Positions 11,251-22,350 of a stretch of 37,079 nt of DNA are shown piece by piece. The position numbers and the translations under genes were made by a program. The stretch spans positions 20,453-57,531 of the forward strand of contig NMRA01000553.1 of assembly GCA_002633005.1 (NCBI GenBank). Direction: 5' to 3'. This stretch comes from Phoronis australis (lineage: Eukaryota; Animalia; Phoronida). The notes under the pieces are model-generated. The model searched no databases and was not told where the DNA came from. It saw only the letters and a list, made by a program, of their open reading frames with translations. How positions within the stretch are numbered: the stretch's first letter is position 1; each line of letters opens with the position of its first letter.

Positions 11251-12310
11251 TTAGGTACTAGGATTGGAATGTAATATTCACGAGTTCTATATTTTAAGAA
11301 CAGCTTATACTAGACCAAACTCTGCCAATCAGTCCTTCTCGCAACCAAAAATAGCCTACGGCAATAACAACTCATTTAAACTTCATTGCCGGCTATGCAA
11401 ATTGTGTTTCTTTACTTAATTGGAGCTAACACTGGAATGGCAGTGCCCAACTAATCAATTGGATTTAATTTCAGTTTCAATTACTCAGGAATGTGATGGC
11501 ATTCCTGCTGGGTAATCTGATGGTTCTAGCAGTTAGAAGTGCATCCAACTAATTAAATGCCAGATTGAAGAAACAAATTAGGATCATGGTCATGACATTT
11601 CATTTGGCAGACAAACATATATGGTCAAATCAAATTGGCTATTCTAAGGACTGATATGCAGTCAAAAAGCTGCAGATACTCCTGTTAAATGATCAATGTA
11701 ATTAAGCAATGATCAGTTTATTTTAGCACTAAAGATTAATTATTTCTATTCAAGACCAGGCAGTTTTTAAAACGACATCATTTTTTGCGAGACACTAAGA
11801 AACATACTAAAATACACTCAGACAGTAAATTCAGGTCAAATTAACAGGGATTGAATATTTAGTAAATTTCACAAAGTTTAAAGTGGCACATATTAATCAT
11901 TTTTCCACATTTTGGGAATCTCATTTTCCCAGTTCTCATGCCCTACACATACAGTATAACCAGTGTAAAGTCTTGATCAATTTTGTTGCATTACTGATTT
12001 AAAGCCTGATCCCCTGTTTCTTGGGAGATAAACATCTGCAGTAAACACACTAAAATCCTGGACATCTGGGAAATCTCATCAAATCTGAGGATTTGCAGAT
12101 GTGCCTTCCTGCTGAGTGTGACAGGCTGTCGAATAAACACCTGAACATCATTTGAAGCAGGGGCTGGTCTCTTCAACCAAGGCTTGTAAAGTGTTTCACA
12201 TTGTATTGCAAGGAACACCATAAACATGTTGCATCAGGGTGCAGACTAAATGAACTATCAACAAGTTTTCCTGAGTTGAATGAGCACAGCATCTGCACAC
12301 TCCATGCTGC

Positions 12311-12365
12311 ACACTCCGCGAGGTGGAAAAGTAAGTACACTCCCCGAGGTGGAAAAGTAAGTACA
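12311..12365. repeat. 26-bp tandem duplication
   Basis: acactcc(g/c)cgaggtggaaaagtaagt x2 with one mismatch. Confidence 0.9.
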
Positions 12366-12555
12366 TTAAAAAAGACAACTCCATGGCTACCTAGTCCCAC
12401 CAATAAAATGCAGATTTCTGTACATATTATTCATCAAGTTGATTTTTAATCTCGTATCTGAGCTTCATTGGCCAGACGATACCTGGGGATGGTCAGCCAT
12501 ACCATCAGCTTGCAGGTTCTCCCTGAGCAAACATTCAAACATGGCGCAAATTCTA

Positions 12556-12995
12556 TGTCATGTTTTATGCCCTAATTTTCTTTCTTTTAAACCACAAATA
12601 CAACTATTGTTTACATATTATTTAGCTGAGCATGTGGTTGGTCATTTTCTCATGCCATGGATACCCCTTCAATCAGTATCTAGAGAATTACGACATATAG
12701 ATGGCGCTTGCTATTCGCCCTAGCCGCCATGTTCTTTTTGTCTTTAAGTCCATTGTTTAATTAGCGGTAAGATTCCCTCATTTATTGTAGCCTTAGCACA
12801 TCTCTAGCATTGTTAACCTATTGTAATCACACATCACTTATCAGCGACCTTAAGTATTTACCCCCTGTCTCTGTTCTTTCAGGTTACGATCATTTCCATC
12901 ATTTCATAGTTTACTGTCATCAATAAACAATGAAGAAATACTTCGGAGTTATTTTCTAGAATCTTGTGAGCTATTGAACTAAATGGGGCGTTATA
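12556..12995 (+). mobile_element. Candidate degenerate solo LTR
   Basis: Begins TGTCATG, ends GGGGCGTTATA, has AATAAA at about 12922 and LTR-like composition. No TSD seen. Confidence 0.3.
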
Positions 12996-13238
12996 CCCTT
13001 GGAGGCAACAAATCAAACATGTACAGGACAATCTGAGCCAAAATGCGGCATATTTATTCAGAGCACCACATTAGAACTTCTGTAGCAAGAGGGGATAATA
13101 TGATAAAAGAGAACAATTCAGGTCAGTATTTAACACAAAATCCTCAAAGATTAACTCGCTGACTCACCGGTGATAAAGGTGATAAACAACATGACCACCA
13201 GTCATCCAAATTGAACCGAAACACCACAAAACAGGACC

Positions 13239-13883
13239 TACGGGTATGAAATGGGACCGCAGCACTAGAGAATGGGACAGACACACCTAAAAACATGACC
13301 GCCTCACCACAAAACAGGACCGCCGGGGACTGAACATAACCACCAGGGATTGAAACTTGACCGCAATGACAACTCCAGGCTATGTTTTAAGACCGGTCAA
13401 TTGACAGTGTATGCCTACACAGATCATATAATGGAGCTATTATGCAGGTCTTATACTGATAAATCCACTGAAATCTTGTGCGCTACAGGACACTTCGCTC
13501 TTTAAAATGCAGCACTTTCGAGCTTTACCACTAGGCTTTGCTGCGGTATGTGACTAACAAACAACTGAAAGAAGTTCAACATTTAAATCCATAAATTTAA
13601 TCAATAACCTACCCCGGCTGCACACTTTTGAGCACATTTTGATCCACTACGAAAGTTTTAGAATATATTGAAACTCATTGCCGCCAATCTGACATTTTAG
13701 TATAAAGTCAAAAAATTGCGTTCTGGTTCTCCGGTAAAGTAGCCTTGGTGCGGCAAAGCTGTATACTAAATATACAGCGGTCATGTTCAGTCTCCGGCTG
13801 TTCGGTTTTGTGGTTTGGCAGTCATGTCTTTAGGTATGGCGGTCCCATTTTCTGGTGTGGTGGTCCCATTTGATCCCCGTTAC
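13239..13883. mobile_element. Foldback-type element with ~105-bp inverted termini built from ~21-bp subrepeats
   Basis: 13240-13345 is the reverse complement of 13777-13881. Subrepeats of the form aaa(t/c)(g/a)(g/t)gaccgc; extra subrepeat copies at 13190-13238. Confidence 0.8.
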
Positions 13884-15486
13884 ATAGATCAAAAGCACAT
13901 TCACAAACAGGTACTTTCACAGCTGACCTTGCATGACAATTTCAAAACTCCCATTAATGGCAAAATTGGACATTACATCAACTAGTTACCCCTCCAACCT
14001 AAAAATACAAAAACCCTAACATGTAGCTATTCCAACATGTCAGATGGTGGGAGGCATTGAAGCGAGTCCCAAGTGCTGGCAATGTGTGGCAGCGACACCG
14101 TCCCAGCCTTGCAAAGGCAGTTCAACGTTTTCAATGTCACAAGGCCTCTTATATGAACTTTCGCAGCTGTGTTATCATTGCCAAAAAGGGAAAAGAAAAC
14201 TTTGTTCTTCAAAACCAGAGTGACTTCACACAAAGACAAAATCTTAACTGTTATCCCGACATCAACGACCTTCCATAATTATCAAAAACTCATCACTCTA
14301 GAAAATGCAACGTGGTTATTCTCTTACTTAGTTCATACAAAATAATAGACAAAATGGCAATTTTACAGGTTTCAATGGCTGATTAACTTTATGCAAATTA
14401 TAAAAAACTTCAGCAAGTGTTGTTTTGCCACATCTAAATGCAGTAAACCGTGCTTGTAACAGACTCAATTGTTTCTCATTACTTTTGTAGAGAAATTTAA
14501 ACAAAACAGAAGTTCACTTCCCAGCCATGTTGCGAACAAATGCCATATTCAAAAGATAACTCTCTCAGTGAGAATGCACATGTGGTTAAGTAAGGGCGGA
14601 AGAGGGGTTGCCTAAGTTACCTGCATTCACTTACTATACACAAGAGTCTACTGCTGGAAGTGGTCGATTGGCTAAACAATGACGGCCAGCAATGTCATGA
14701 TGTCAATATTGATTTTTCGTATGATCTCCATAATTCTTATGGCATTTTGTGTGCAGAGGTTTAACTTTGTTTGAGCAGGCTGAATTGTGGGAGTTTTTGA
14801 GAGGTTGAAACTAGCAAAAACCATTATGGGATTATTGTGTTCATGTCAAGATTCATCATATGATGCTAATAAGCATTGGAAATATCTACAATGACAACGA
14901 AACATAATTGTCAATAAACAATTCAAAAAATTATGTCATCATACCAACACACAAAGGATTGTTTGTTTGCAAACCACCAAAACACTGGAAAAGCGTAATT
15001 TTTACTGTGTTTTGTAAAAGGCCAAGGCCCCTTCACCTAAAATAATACATTTCCAGTTCTAAAGTCAAACATTTTTGGCTCAAATGTATGCACTGAGAAC
15101 CTTAGACATATGTGGCAATGCTTCACCTGCAGCTTTGTTTATGGGACCATCATGCCACAAAATTATCACTCTCGTGCATTGGCTTATTCAATGAAAAGAC
15201 GAAATGTTGAATTGAACATGAACTTTTTTATTTGTGCGGTGATTGTCCGGTTTTTAATCTTATTCAAATAATCAGTAAAAAAGTCAATTGTCCATTGTCT
15301 TTAACTGTCAGTATATGATAGCAATTATATTTTACCCAATCAGCAGTCAACTCATACCGTCTTGCATACTAGAAGTTGAATTTAGGTCAAGCGACCGTCA
15401 CTTTCATGACATGACAATACTAAAGAGTTACCTGTCGACTGTTAGGAATAGCGCATCATTCAGTGCGCTCATCCATAACTAATATA

Positions 15487-16758
15487 TAGTAAACGTTCGG
15501 GTTAACGTCCTGGGCGGTTAAATTGGCGAACCCAAAAAATCGGGGGGGTGGGTGGTTAACCAGACATGGGTGCTTAAACGTGAAATTTCAAGAAATCGCG
15601 GGTGGGCGGTTAACCGAACATGGGCGCTTATTACGACAGACAACAGGGTGGATGCCGCAGTTAATCTTACCTCATGATCCCAGTCCCCACACATAGTTGG
15701 AACGCGTCGCACTTTTCCGAACTTTATCAACATGTCGCCAAATGACGGTAAAAATGTCATAACAGCGGGTAGACCCAACAAAGGTTCTGTTGCCCTCAGA
15801 TTAATCATTTCAGTTAAATTTACAAAATTGCTGAGTATTAGCCTGTGCCGTCCTGCAGTCTTGTTAGAGCTGTACCTGTAGAGCGCAGACGATCAGTGAC
15901 TATATAGCGCTCCACTTTGATTGCAACTATTCTCACTGACGTGACAGTGCAAAAGTGAGCGCGTGAAAGCTTCACGTGCTGCATAGGTCACAGCTGAGTC
16001 AGCAGTTTTAAATTATTTGTTATTAAAGTTTGAAAAACTAATTCAAGTGCTGCAAATTTTCAGTCAGCCTACGTCGTAGATATTTCAGACTCGAATGGGA
16101 AGGATTTTGTTCCAGTTGAAACTAGCCAATGAAGAAGCAAAATTATTCGGAAGGGCTAAAAAGGTAGGTGGAAACAATATTCACAAAGTTAAGGGAATTC
16201 TTCAAAATCTGAGTTTCCCACCTACAGCGAATTAGGAGTGTTGGCAAGACCACTGTCATGTTTCTCTGGCTTTATTTTTTCAAATATACGTTTTATGTAG
16301 AGCACTGTATACAGAAACTTAGCGCAGCAGACGTCATCGCTGAAATTGTAGGTATTGAAGCCGTCGGGTTCTTAGTTTTGCGAACATGGGAAGAAAATAA
16401 AGTGACAAAGCGTTTAAGGTATTACATTTTGAAGCAAACCTATGACCCATGACAATAATTTGTTACTTGTATCATAATTCACATAGCCAAACCACCATCT
16501 CTGACGCTGTCGTTGCATTCTTTGTTATCGATTTTTATCTAATAATGGGTAATCGCGCATTTCCTTAGCACTGGGCGCATAATCATCAATCTTCAAAGGT
16601 CGGGGATGAGCGCTTAACCAAGAGGCGGGCGCTTAACTGGAAATCTTCAAAAATCGCAGAGGGGTAGTTAACCGAGCAGTAGGCAGTTAAATCGAGAATC
16701 CACCTAAAGTAGGCGATGGAGGTTAGGTGAGCATGGGCGTTAACCCGAATGTTTACGG
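15487..16758. mobile_element. Non-autonomous Tc1/mariner-superfamily element (TA-flanked, ~1.27 kb)
   Basis: TIRs TA|tagtaaacgttcgggttaacgtcc and gggcgttaacccgaatgtttacgg|TA, with clusters of gggcg(g/c)ttaa subterminal repeats at both ends. No transposase ORF. Confidence 0.82.
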
Positions 16759-16848
16759 TAATAGGACTACTAGGTCCATAAAGCACATGTTTATAAAAAG
16801 GACTGCACATAGGACATGCCAGAGAGATGGTGTCTGTTCTTCATATTT

Positions 16849-17073
16849 TATGGTAAAATTTACTAAAATTTGAACAAAAAATTGCCAAAATCTTCATTTT
16901 CCCGAATTTCAAAAGCTAACTGTATTGCTAAAAACATGTGAATCTCATTGTGTGGTTCTTGAAATAATTCTACAATATTTTGGAATTGATGCTGTAAAGT
17001 TTTCTTACCGTTTATTTTTGTTGAAAATTTTGATAAAACAATATTTCACTGTTCTGCCATACGTGTTCTAAAT
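16849..17073 (+). repeat. AT-rich dispersed repeat (same family as 33352-33587 and 34504-34730)
   Basis: Shared blocks ggtaaa..t, gccaaaat, tgtattgc.aaaaa, ttgttgaaaattttgat and ctgttc..ccata...gttcta. Confidence 0.7.
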
Positions 17074-17800
17074 TTTCCTCCATCACAAAAAACGTCAGAT
17101 TTTAGACCACCACCCAACATAAAAACTGGTTTCACATTGTTCTTTATAGAGTCGAATTAGATATGATATCAAAGCTTCCATAGGACTCATGGCCACCATG
17201 TACCATGAGATGGTTATCATTTCAACTGTAGGTCAGAAAGAGTAGATAAGGGTGATCACTGATCTACAGTCCAGCTAGAAACAACTATAAACACATAGCT
17301 GTGTTTGTAGTTGTACTGTTCAAGCACTATTCTAAGCTGAAAAGGTTTTCTAACTGCAGTTATGCAATCACTCTATTGTGGCCTGTGTACTGAAAATTAT
17401 TATAACTGAGATATTTAATTATATCAATGTGATTCTGAACTTTGCACAAGCCAAATCAGCTAATTGTTGAAGAATTTGTCATAATTAACAGAGACTGGTG
17501 GCCATATTGACATATTGAAGCTTTTAACTCTGACAGGTTCCTTATGTTAAAATTTTATGCCCATGTTATGCCAGTGCTGTCTGGTGACCCTGCTGGCAGC
17601 CAGACCTATTATGTAATTATATTCATCTCTGGTTTTGCACTCAAGCATCTTGAGATGGTGGCTTTCCTTGTGACAGCCATAATTTCTACAACGAATACCA
17701 GTTCCTAACCAAAACTGATAAAGCCATTTTATGAAAGAAGTCAGTAAATGCAAAAATGTCAACATTTTCCACACATATACCTTGCTCTCAACACCACCTT

Positions 17801-17835
17801 GTCGAATCATGGATATCTATAGTCTATGGTCGAAT
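17801..17835. mobile_element. 21-bp quasi-palindromic transposon footprint between 7-bp direct repeats
   Basis: GTCGAAT-[CATGGATATCTATAGTCTATG]-GTCGAAT read directly. Confidence 0.55.
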
Positions 17836-18234
17836 ATCGTACTGCCGTAACTTGATGTCGAGATTTGTGAAAAGATGTAGTTAACCTAATGACCTACTTT
17901 GAATGCCATTGCATTGATTTAGAATTTATGAGAATGACCATCGAGATGTTAATCAGGGGGAAGCAGAAACAGACGTCGAAGTTCGAAGGTGTTTTATCGA
18001 CAAATTTCATTAATTTTGGGTTTCTAATTCTTGTACAGGAAACATGAACAGAACAGAGGATGATTATTCTATTATCTATTTATTTTATAACCCACTAGGT
18101 ACATGTTTTAACTATTGTGATAAGGTTTCATATTGCACAAATTTCCTTGAAAACAGCCGTTTGAAAAAACTGCAAGGAAAGCCGATAATTGTGAGTAGGT
18201 AGCATTAAAAATGTTTTGAGATTGGGCGGATAAA

Positions 18235-18394
18235 GCACCAGCTGTATAGCCACAGGAACTGTCTCTTTACTGCTGGTCTTGGGCCAGCTAAAGACGGTGG
18301 CACTGGCTACGTTCACTACAGCTGTGTTTTGACGTTTCGTCATACACAGCTAGCTGTATGACCACCCTTTGCTGATCTTGACTCAGTCTACTAG
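18235..18394 (+). mobile_element. Possible Helitron-like 3' remnant
   Basis: Two diverged direct units (cagctgtat..ccac...tgctg.tcttg...cag), each with a short hairpin; the last is followed by CTAG|T. Confidence 0.35.
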
Positions 18395-18459
18395 TAATAA
18401 GAAGGCGAGCATCCATAAACGCAATGTGTCACACAGGTCAGTAAAAAGACAATACTTAC

Positions 18460-18559
18460 AGCCAACGATTGCAACGGGTTCTTTGCCACCATGATTTTCC
18501 TCCATTTCTAAAATATTCTGGTGCTCGTTTAAGTCAGGTGACACACGGGCGGACGACAT
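18460..18559 (-). CDS. STOM: Stomatin/band-7 family gene, candidate coding exon 1 (MSSARVSPDLNEHQNILEMEENHGGKEPVAIVG + 1 nt)
   Basis: ATG-initiated stop-free frame of 33 codons + 1 nt ending in a consensus donor T|GTAAGT. The phase-1 end matches the phase-1 start of the exon at 7388 (T+CT = Ser). It lies in a CpG-richer, promoter-like stretch. The link to the stomatin gene is inferred from strand, phase and position, not from homology. Confidence 0.7.
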
Positions 18560-19100
18560 TCACGGTTAAGCGCACCTTTATCTGTTTATCGGACGTTTAT
18601 TAACACTTCCAACCTAATGAATCGCGAGCGCCAGTTTGTCGCCAGGGAAGCCTATACTATTTCGCAATTAACGAGGTCACGTGGTTGCGAATGGGGACGT
18701 TTACTATATTTCCGATAGGGAGCGCTATCTCCGAGCACCGGAGAAAGTGAAAACTGACTCGACACTCCGCAAAAGCGGGTCTTGTGGGTATAAAACGAGC
18801 AGATATAAGACTATTCCAAAATGCAAGGGTAAAATGTCTACCGCAACACTCAATAAACGCTTGAGCTGTCCTGGTAAATGGGTGTATCCTTGTTTATCAC
18901 TGCCAAAAATGTATGTAATGAAATAGGTGCTGTACACTGACAAACGTCTCGTCAGTCTCAGGCACGGCATGTTTTCCATCATCTCGGCTTTTCATTCAGG
19001 GTGTCAGCAAATAAAAAATGATGAAAAAGTTTCCCATTTGCGAGGTTCACTATCCCGTTGAGCATATCTTAGTCGATCGTAATGAACGTTTTATCATCAA
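18560..19100 (-). promoter_or_regulatory. Putative promoter/5' UTR region of the stomatin-like gene
   Basis: Locally CpG-enriched, non-repetitive-looking sequence directly upstream of the candidate ATG; includes a CACGTG E-box at about 18678. Function is inferred from position only. Confidence 0.35.
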
Positions 19101-19142
19101 CTGAAGACCTTCTCCATTAAATTTCCAATTATAAATGTCAAG

Positions 19143-19302
19143 CAGTGCTGTAGTGGTAAAAGTAGAGGTAAGTAAGCGCCGAAAGCCCACCGTATCACCT
19201 TGAGCACTGAACGTAACTTACGGTGCGTAGGCGCTACGTTCAAATGCCAGAAAGTGGTTGGCTGCGCCTACACTTATGCGCCTATGCCCCACTACAACAC
19301 TG
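19143..19302. mobile_element. hAT-type MITE (160 bp)
   Basis: TIRs CAGTGCTGTAGTGG / CCACTACAACACTG; 8-bp TSD ATGTCAAG / ATATCAAG (1 mismatch). Confidence 0.88.
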
Positions 19303-19543
19303 ATATCAAGTGATATACAATTTCAACTCAGTGAAAACAAACAGAAAACAATAGTGACAGCTGACTCTATTACTGGTCCCTTTTCATTGTCGGTCCATGG
19401 AAAACGGCAAAGAAATTAAAAAATTTTGAATAAATTTGCTTTGAAAACATCTACAAAGATTTTTTCGAAGAACAAAGTTTCAAGAGCATTATGACCTATG
19501 GTGTGATAAATGGCCCCTCTCCTAAAATGTATTCCCCGGGGCC

Positions 19544-19706
19544 CAGTGGCCTATTTAGAGGGGGCCCAAGGGGGCCATGCCCCCCCCCTAGAATTCTCCC
19601 AGATTCCATTTGGCAGTACGGGGTGCGAATGTCTGACTGGCAAAATCCTGGCTTATACTCTGCCCTGCCCCCCCCCCCCCCAACTCAAAGTCCTGGATCG
19701 GCCCTG
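19544..19706. mobile_element. GC-rich MITE with 5-bp TSD
   Basis: Termini CAGTGGCCTATTTAG / CTGGATCGGCCCTG; direct repeat GGGCC on both sides; inverted homologue at 22228-22350. Confidence 0.8.
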
Positions 19707-19829
19707 GGGCCCACAAAGAGTAAATTCGGCACTGTAGTTGACAAATGTTAACCTAAAGTGGATATAAAATGCCTTCCCGGCATTACCAAAATCATTTTTA
19801 TTTAGACCACTTGGGGTTAAAAAATGGTC

Positions 19830-20290
19830 TCAAACCGTTCCTTTATCAAACTGGACCAGATAACCTATAGACTTTGAAAGTTTGTTGCTGTTTGTTAACG
19901 TGTTCATAAGTTGGCTTGTCAAGGCGTGTCATTTATTGCGACGAGCATGATCACAACGAACTGCCAATCCTTTGCAAACCTAAACTCACTTATCGTGCGA
20001 TTAAGGAGAAAATTTGGACCAAGTGGATTAAATCAGAATGTCTTGAAAGGAGACGTTCCCTCTTCTACCCTCTTGTGTTCTGCTTTTCTTGGCTGCCCTC
20101 TACCCGCCACGGTTTTGACCCTTTTACATGTACGCCTGAAAATTTATTGGAGAACGCGTGGCGCAATACTTCCCCCGCTTTCTACTGTCCTGATATTAAA
20201 TCAAGGGATTAGATGTTCGTACTAGGCATAATTTTGTTTGGTACCTTAGTTAGAAATCCGACATTGTATTTATTGTTTTTTAGTTTTGGA
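19830..20290 (+). mobile_element. Degenerate 3' end of a CR1/L2-group LINE ORF2
   Basis: Interrupted translation IK-WTR*PIDF...VNVF, then RLRRKFGPSGLNQNVLK...STLLCS..GCP..TV..LLH...Y..TR. This resembles the WNxLP and RLR..SxLN..L..CxC..ET..H.LL.C C-terminal motifs. Followed by a T-rich tail. Confidence 0.5.
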
Positions 20291-21070
20291 CGAGATGCAG
20301 TCTTACTAAAGAATTTGTAACCGATAGATGGTTCTTCAACTCATGAGCCAATGATGTTTCACTGATACATTATATTTGTTTCAGGCTGATTTCAAATAAG
20401 CATTTCCGTACTCTACTCTCTAACGTGCTGTGTGTTGTATTTTGCTGGTAACTACTACATTGTATTTTACAGATTCATTACTCTGCAGAATTTCACTAGT
20501 TCATGTTTTCCGTTTGTGTTTCAAAATTGCCTTTCGTCCTGTTTAGTTGGAAGAAAAATGAAAATAGAATTGGGCCTTGTTATGTCATAAATTCGGTCAC
20601 ATAATCCTTTTCCGTGGTAGGTCTCTATTTCTGTTAACAACAAGAACATCGAAGTCATCAGTGGCTGAAGAAAGCGGTTTAAACCAGCTAAAGGTGTTCG
20701 GGTCAATTCTGAACTAGAAAATCATTGCGAATGTATTCAGTGCTTGCGAGATTCTGATGAAAGTTTATGCTTGGGATGTGACATGAACAACACTTGATTT
20801 TTGAACTAATTTAACTGCCGTGCCATACCGTTTTCAGCTAAATACTGATTATCCAAAATTATTTAAAGGAGTGTGCACTTCTGTGACATAATCTTAATAG
20901 TATGACTTGTGTTTAATTTGCCGTAGGAAGTGCATGCGAAGGAAATGTTCCTTTAAAGGCATATGCGGATCGTACTCGATGGGTACCGTACTAAGTTTGG
21001 TAGATGTTGCCTCGGCACCCTCGTTGCCCTCCATAGCGATGATGTTTGTTTTGATTTTTGTCCTCGTGTT

Positions 21071-21328
21071 CATGCGCGCACCCAGCCCGCTAAACTTATA
21101 TTTTCGAGTGTGGACCTTTTACTGAACAAAACAACAGGGACTAAAAAGGGGGGGCTACGTGCAGACCTATGAACTGTGCATTTGCGCCGAATTCCTGTCG
21201 ACTTTTGTCTCGCTTTCTCGGACTTAATGTCTTAATAACTTCGTCTGACTGGGGCGGACTTTTTTTGCCCACTGACTTCGCCAAAATGGGGGGGGGGGGG
21301 GNCCCCAACTCCGCCGGGTGCGTGCATG
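21071..21328. mobile_element. MITE with 16-bp TIRs and 5-bp TSD
   Basis: TIRs CATGCGCGCACCCAGC / GCCGGGTGCGTGCATG; perfect TSD GTGTT at 21066-21070 and 21329-21333. Confidence 0.88.
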
Positions 21329-22003
21329 GTGTTGATACACATAGCCTAGGTGAGAAATAAGGCAAGTGAGACTTTTCGTTTTCTGTTGTTATACTGTGGT
21401 GTCGCCGGGGGCCGTAATTTTTGGTTTGATACGAGGCCGGGTGTCGTTTGTTTTCAGTGATTTTCGTTCTAGCTTAAAACATGAAACGACACAAGTTCAC
21501 AAGTTGATACATCTCGTTATCTATGGTTATAATGTTATCAGAATGGAGTTTATGGGTGTCATTTTTGGCTTAATAAACGACTCCATTCTTTTTTCATGAC
21601 TTTGAAGTTGACCACAGGCTTGAATGTTGTGCGCGACGAAAAGGTGTCTGCTAGCGATACCTTTTGACAAGCCGATGAACCACATGGGCAGTGATTCTAA
21701 CTTCCAAGTAGTTAGTTTCGTAAATTAGTGACTTGTTATGAAGCGACGTGTTTATTATTTTTATCATTTAATACATTCCAGTTAATGTTTTCGTCTTACT
21801 CCTGAAAAATTCTCCATTTAAAACCTAACATATCGACAAAATTCTTGTACGTGATAATACTTAATTAGAGGAGGGATACCGGGACGACATCGACTTCCGT
21901 ATTGCAGACCAAAATAACGCAGTAGTACTGATAGTGTCAGTGAACAGGGGCTAGTTATACTGTTCAACTTCTGAGTGCGGCGTTGTAGCCTTGCGTTGTT
22001 TTC

Positions 22004-22058
22004 ATGGCTTCCAAAGCAGAGTTTCAGCCAGTCTATGAAGAGGGCGAATCGTCGAATC
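22004..22058 (+). CDS. Candidate first coding exon of an unidentified divergent gene (MASKAEFQPVYEEGESSN + 1 nt)
   Basis: ttcATGG start context, 18 codons + 1 nt, followed by a consensus donor C|GTAAGT, in a CpG-richer region (about 20.9-22.2 kb). No downstream exon was identified in the window. Confidence 0.45.
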
Positions 22059-22227
22059 GTAAGTTTACTCTGCAGCTATATTCCCCGTTATTACTGTAAA
22101 CTATTTGTATCTGTGTCTGCGATCAGTAGGCCCACGACACAAACTACGGCAGTAGGCAACACGTCGCAGTCCGTCGGCTGGCTATACAGGGGCTACAATA
22201 CTCCTCGTCACTTTCGGTACTGATTTC

Positions 22228-22350
22228 CAGATGCGGATGCAGGATTTCAAGTTAGGGAAGCTAGGGTAGAGTATTAGCCAGGATTTTGCTCGTCAGACAT
22301 TCTCACCCTTGAACTGCCAAAACTGAATTAGGGAGAAATTTAGGGGCCTT
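22228..22350. mobile_element. Truncated, inverted copy of the 19544-19706 MITE
   Basis: agagtattagccaggattttgctcgtcagacattctcaccc..aactgccaaa is the reverse complement of 19605-19660. Confidence 0.8.

Noticed and set aside
18461-18484. EPVAIVG resembles the N-terminal motif of PKS/FAS ketosynthase domains
   Set aside because: No further KS sequence was found downstream on that strand; the exon is phase-compatible with the stomatin exon.
20655-20715. Hammerhead-like CTGAAGA followed by a stem (Penelope-type)
   Set aside because: The GAAA core is absent (TAAAG) and there is no stem I complement.
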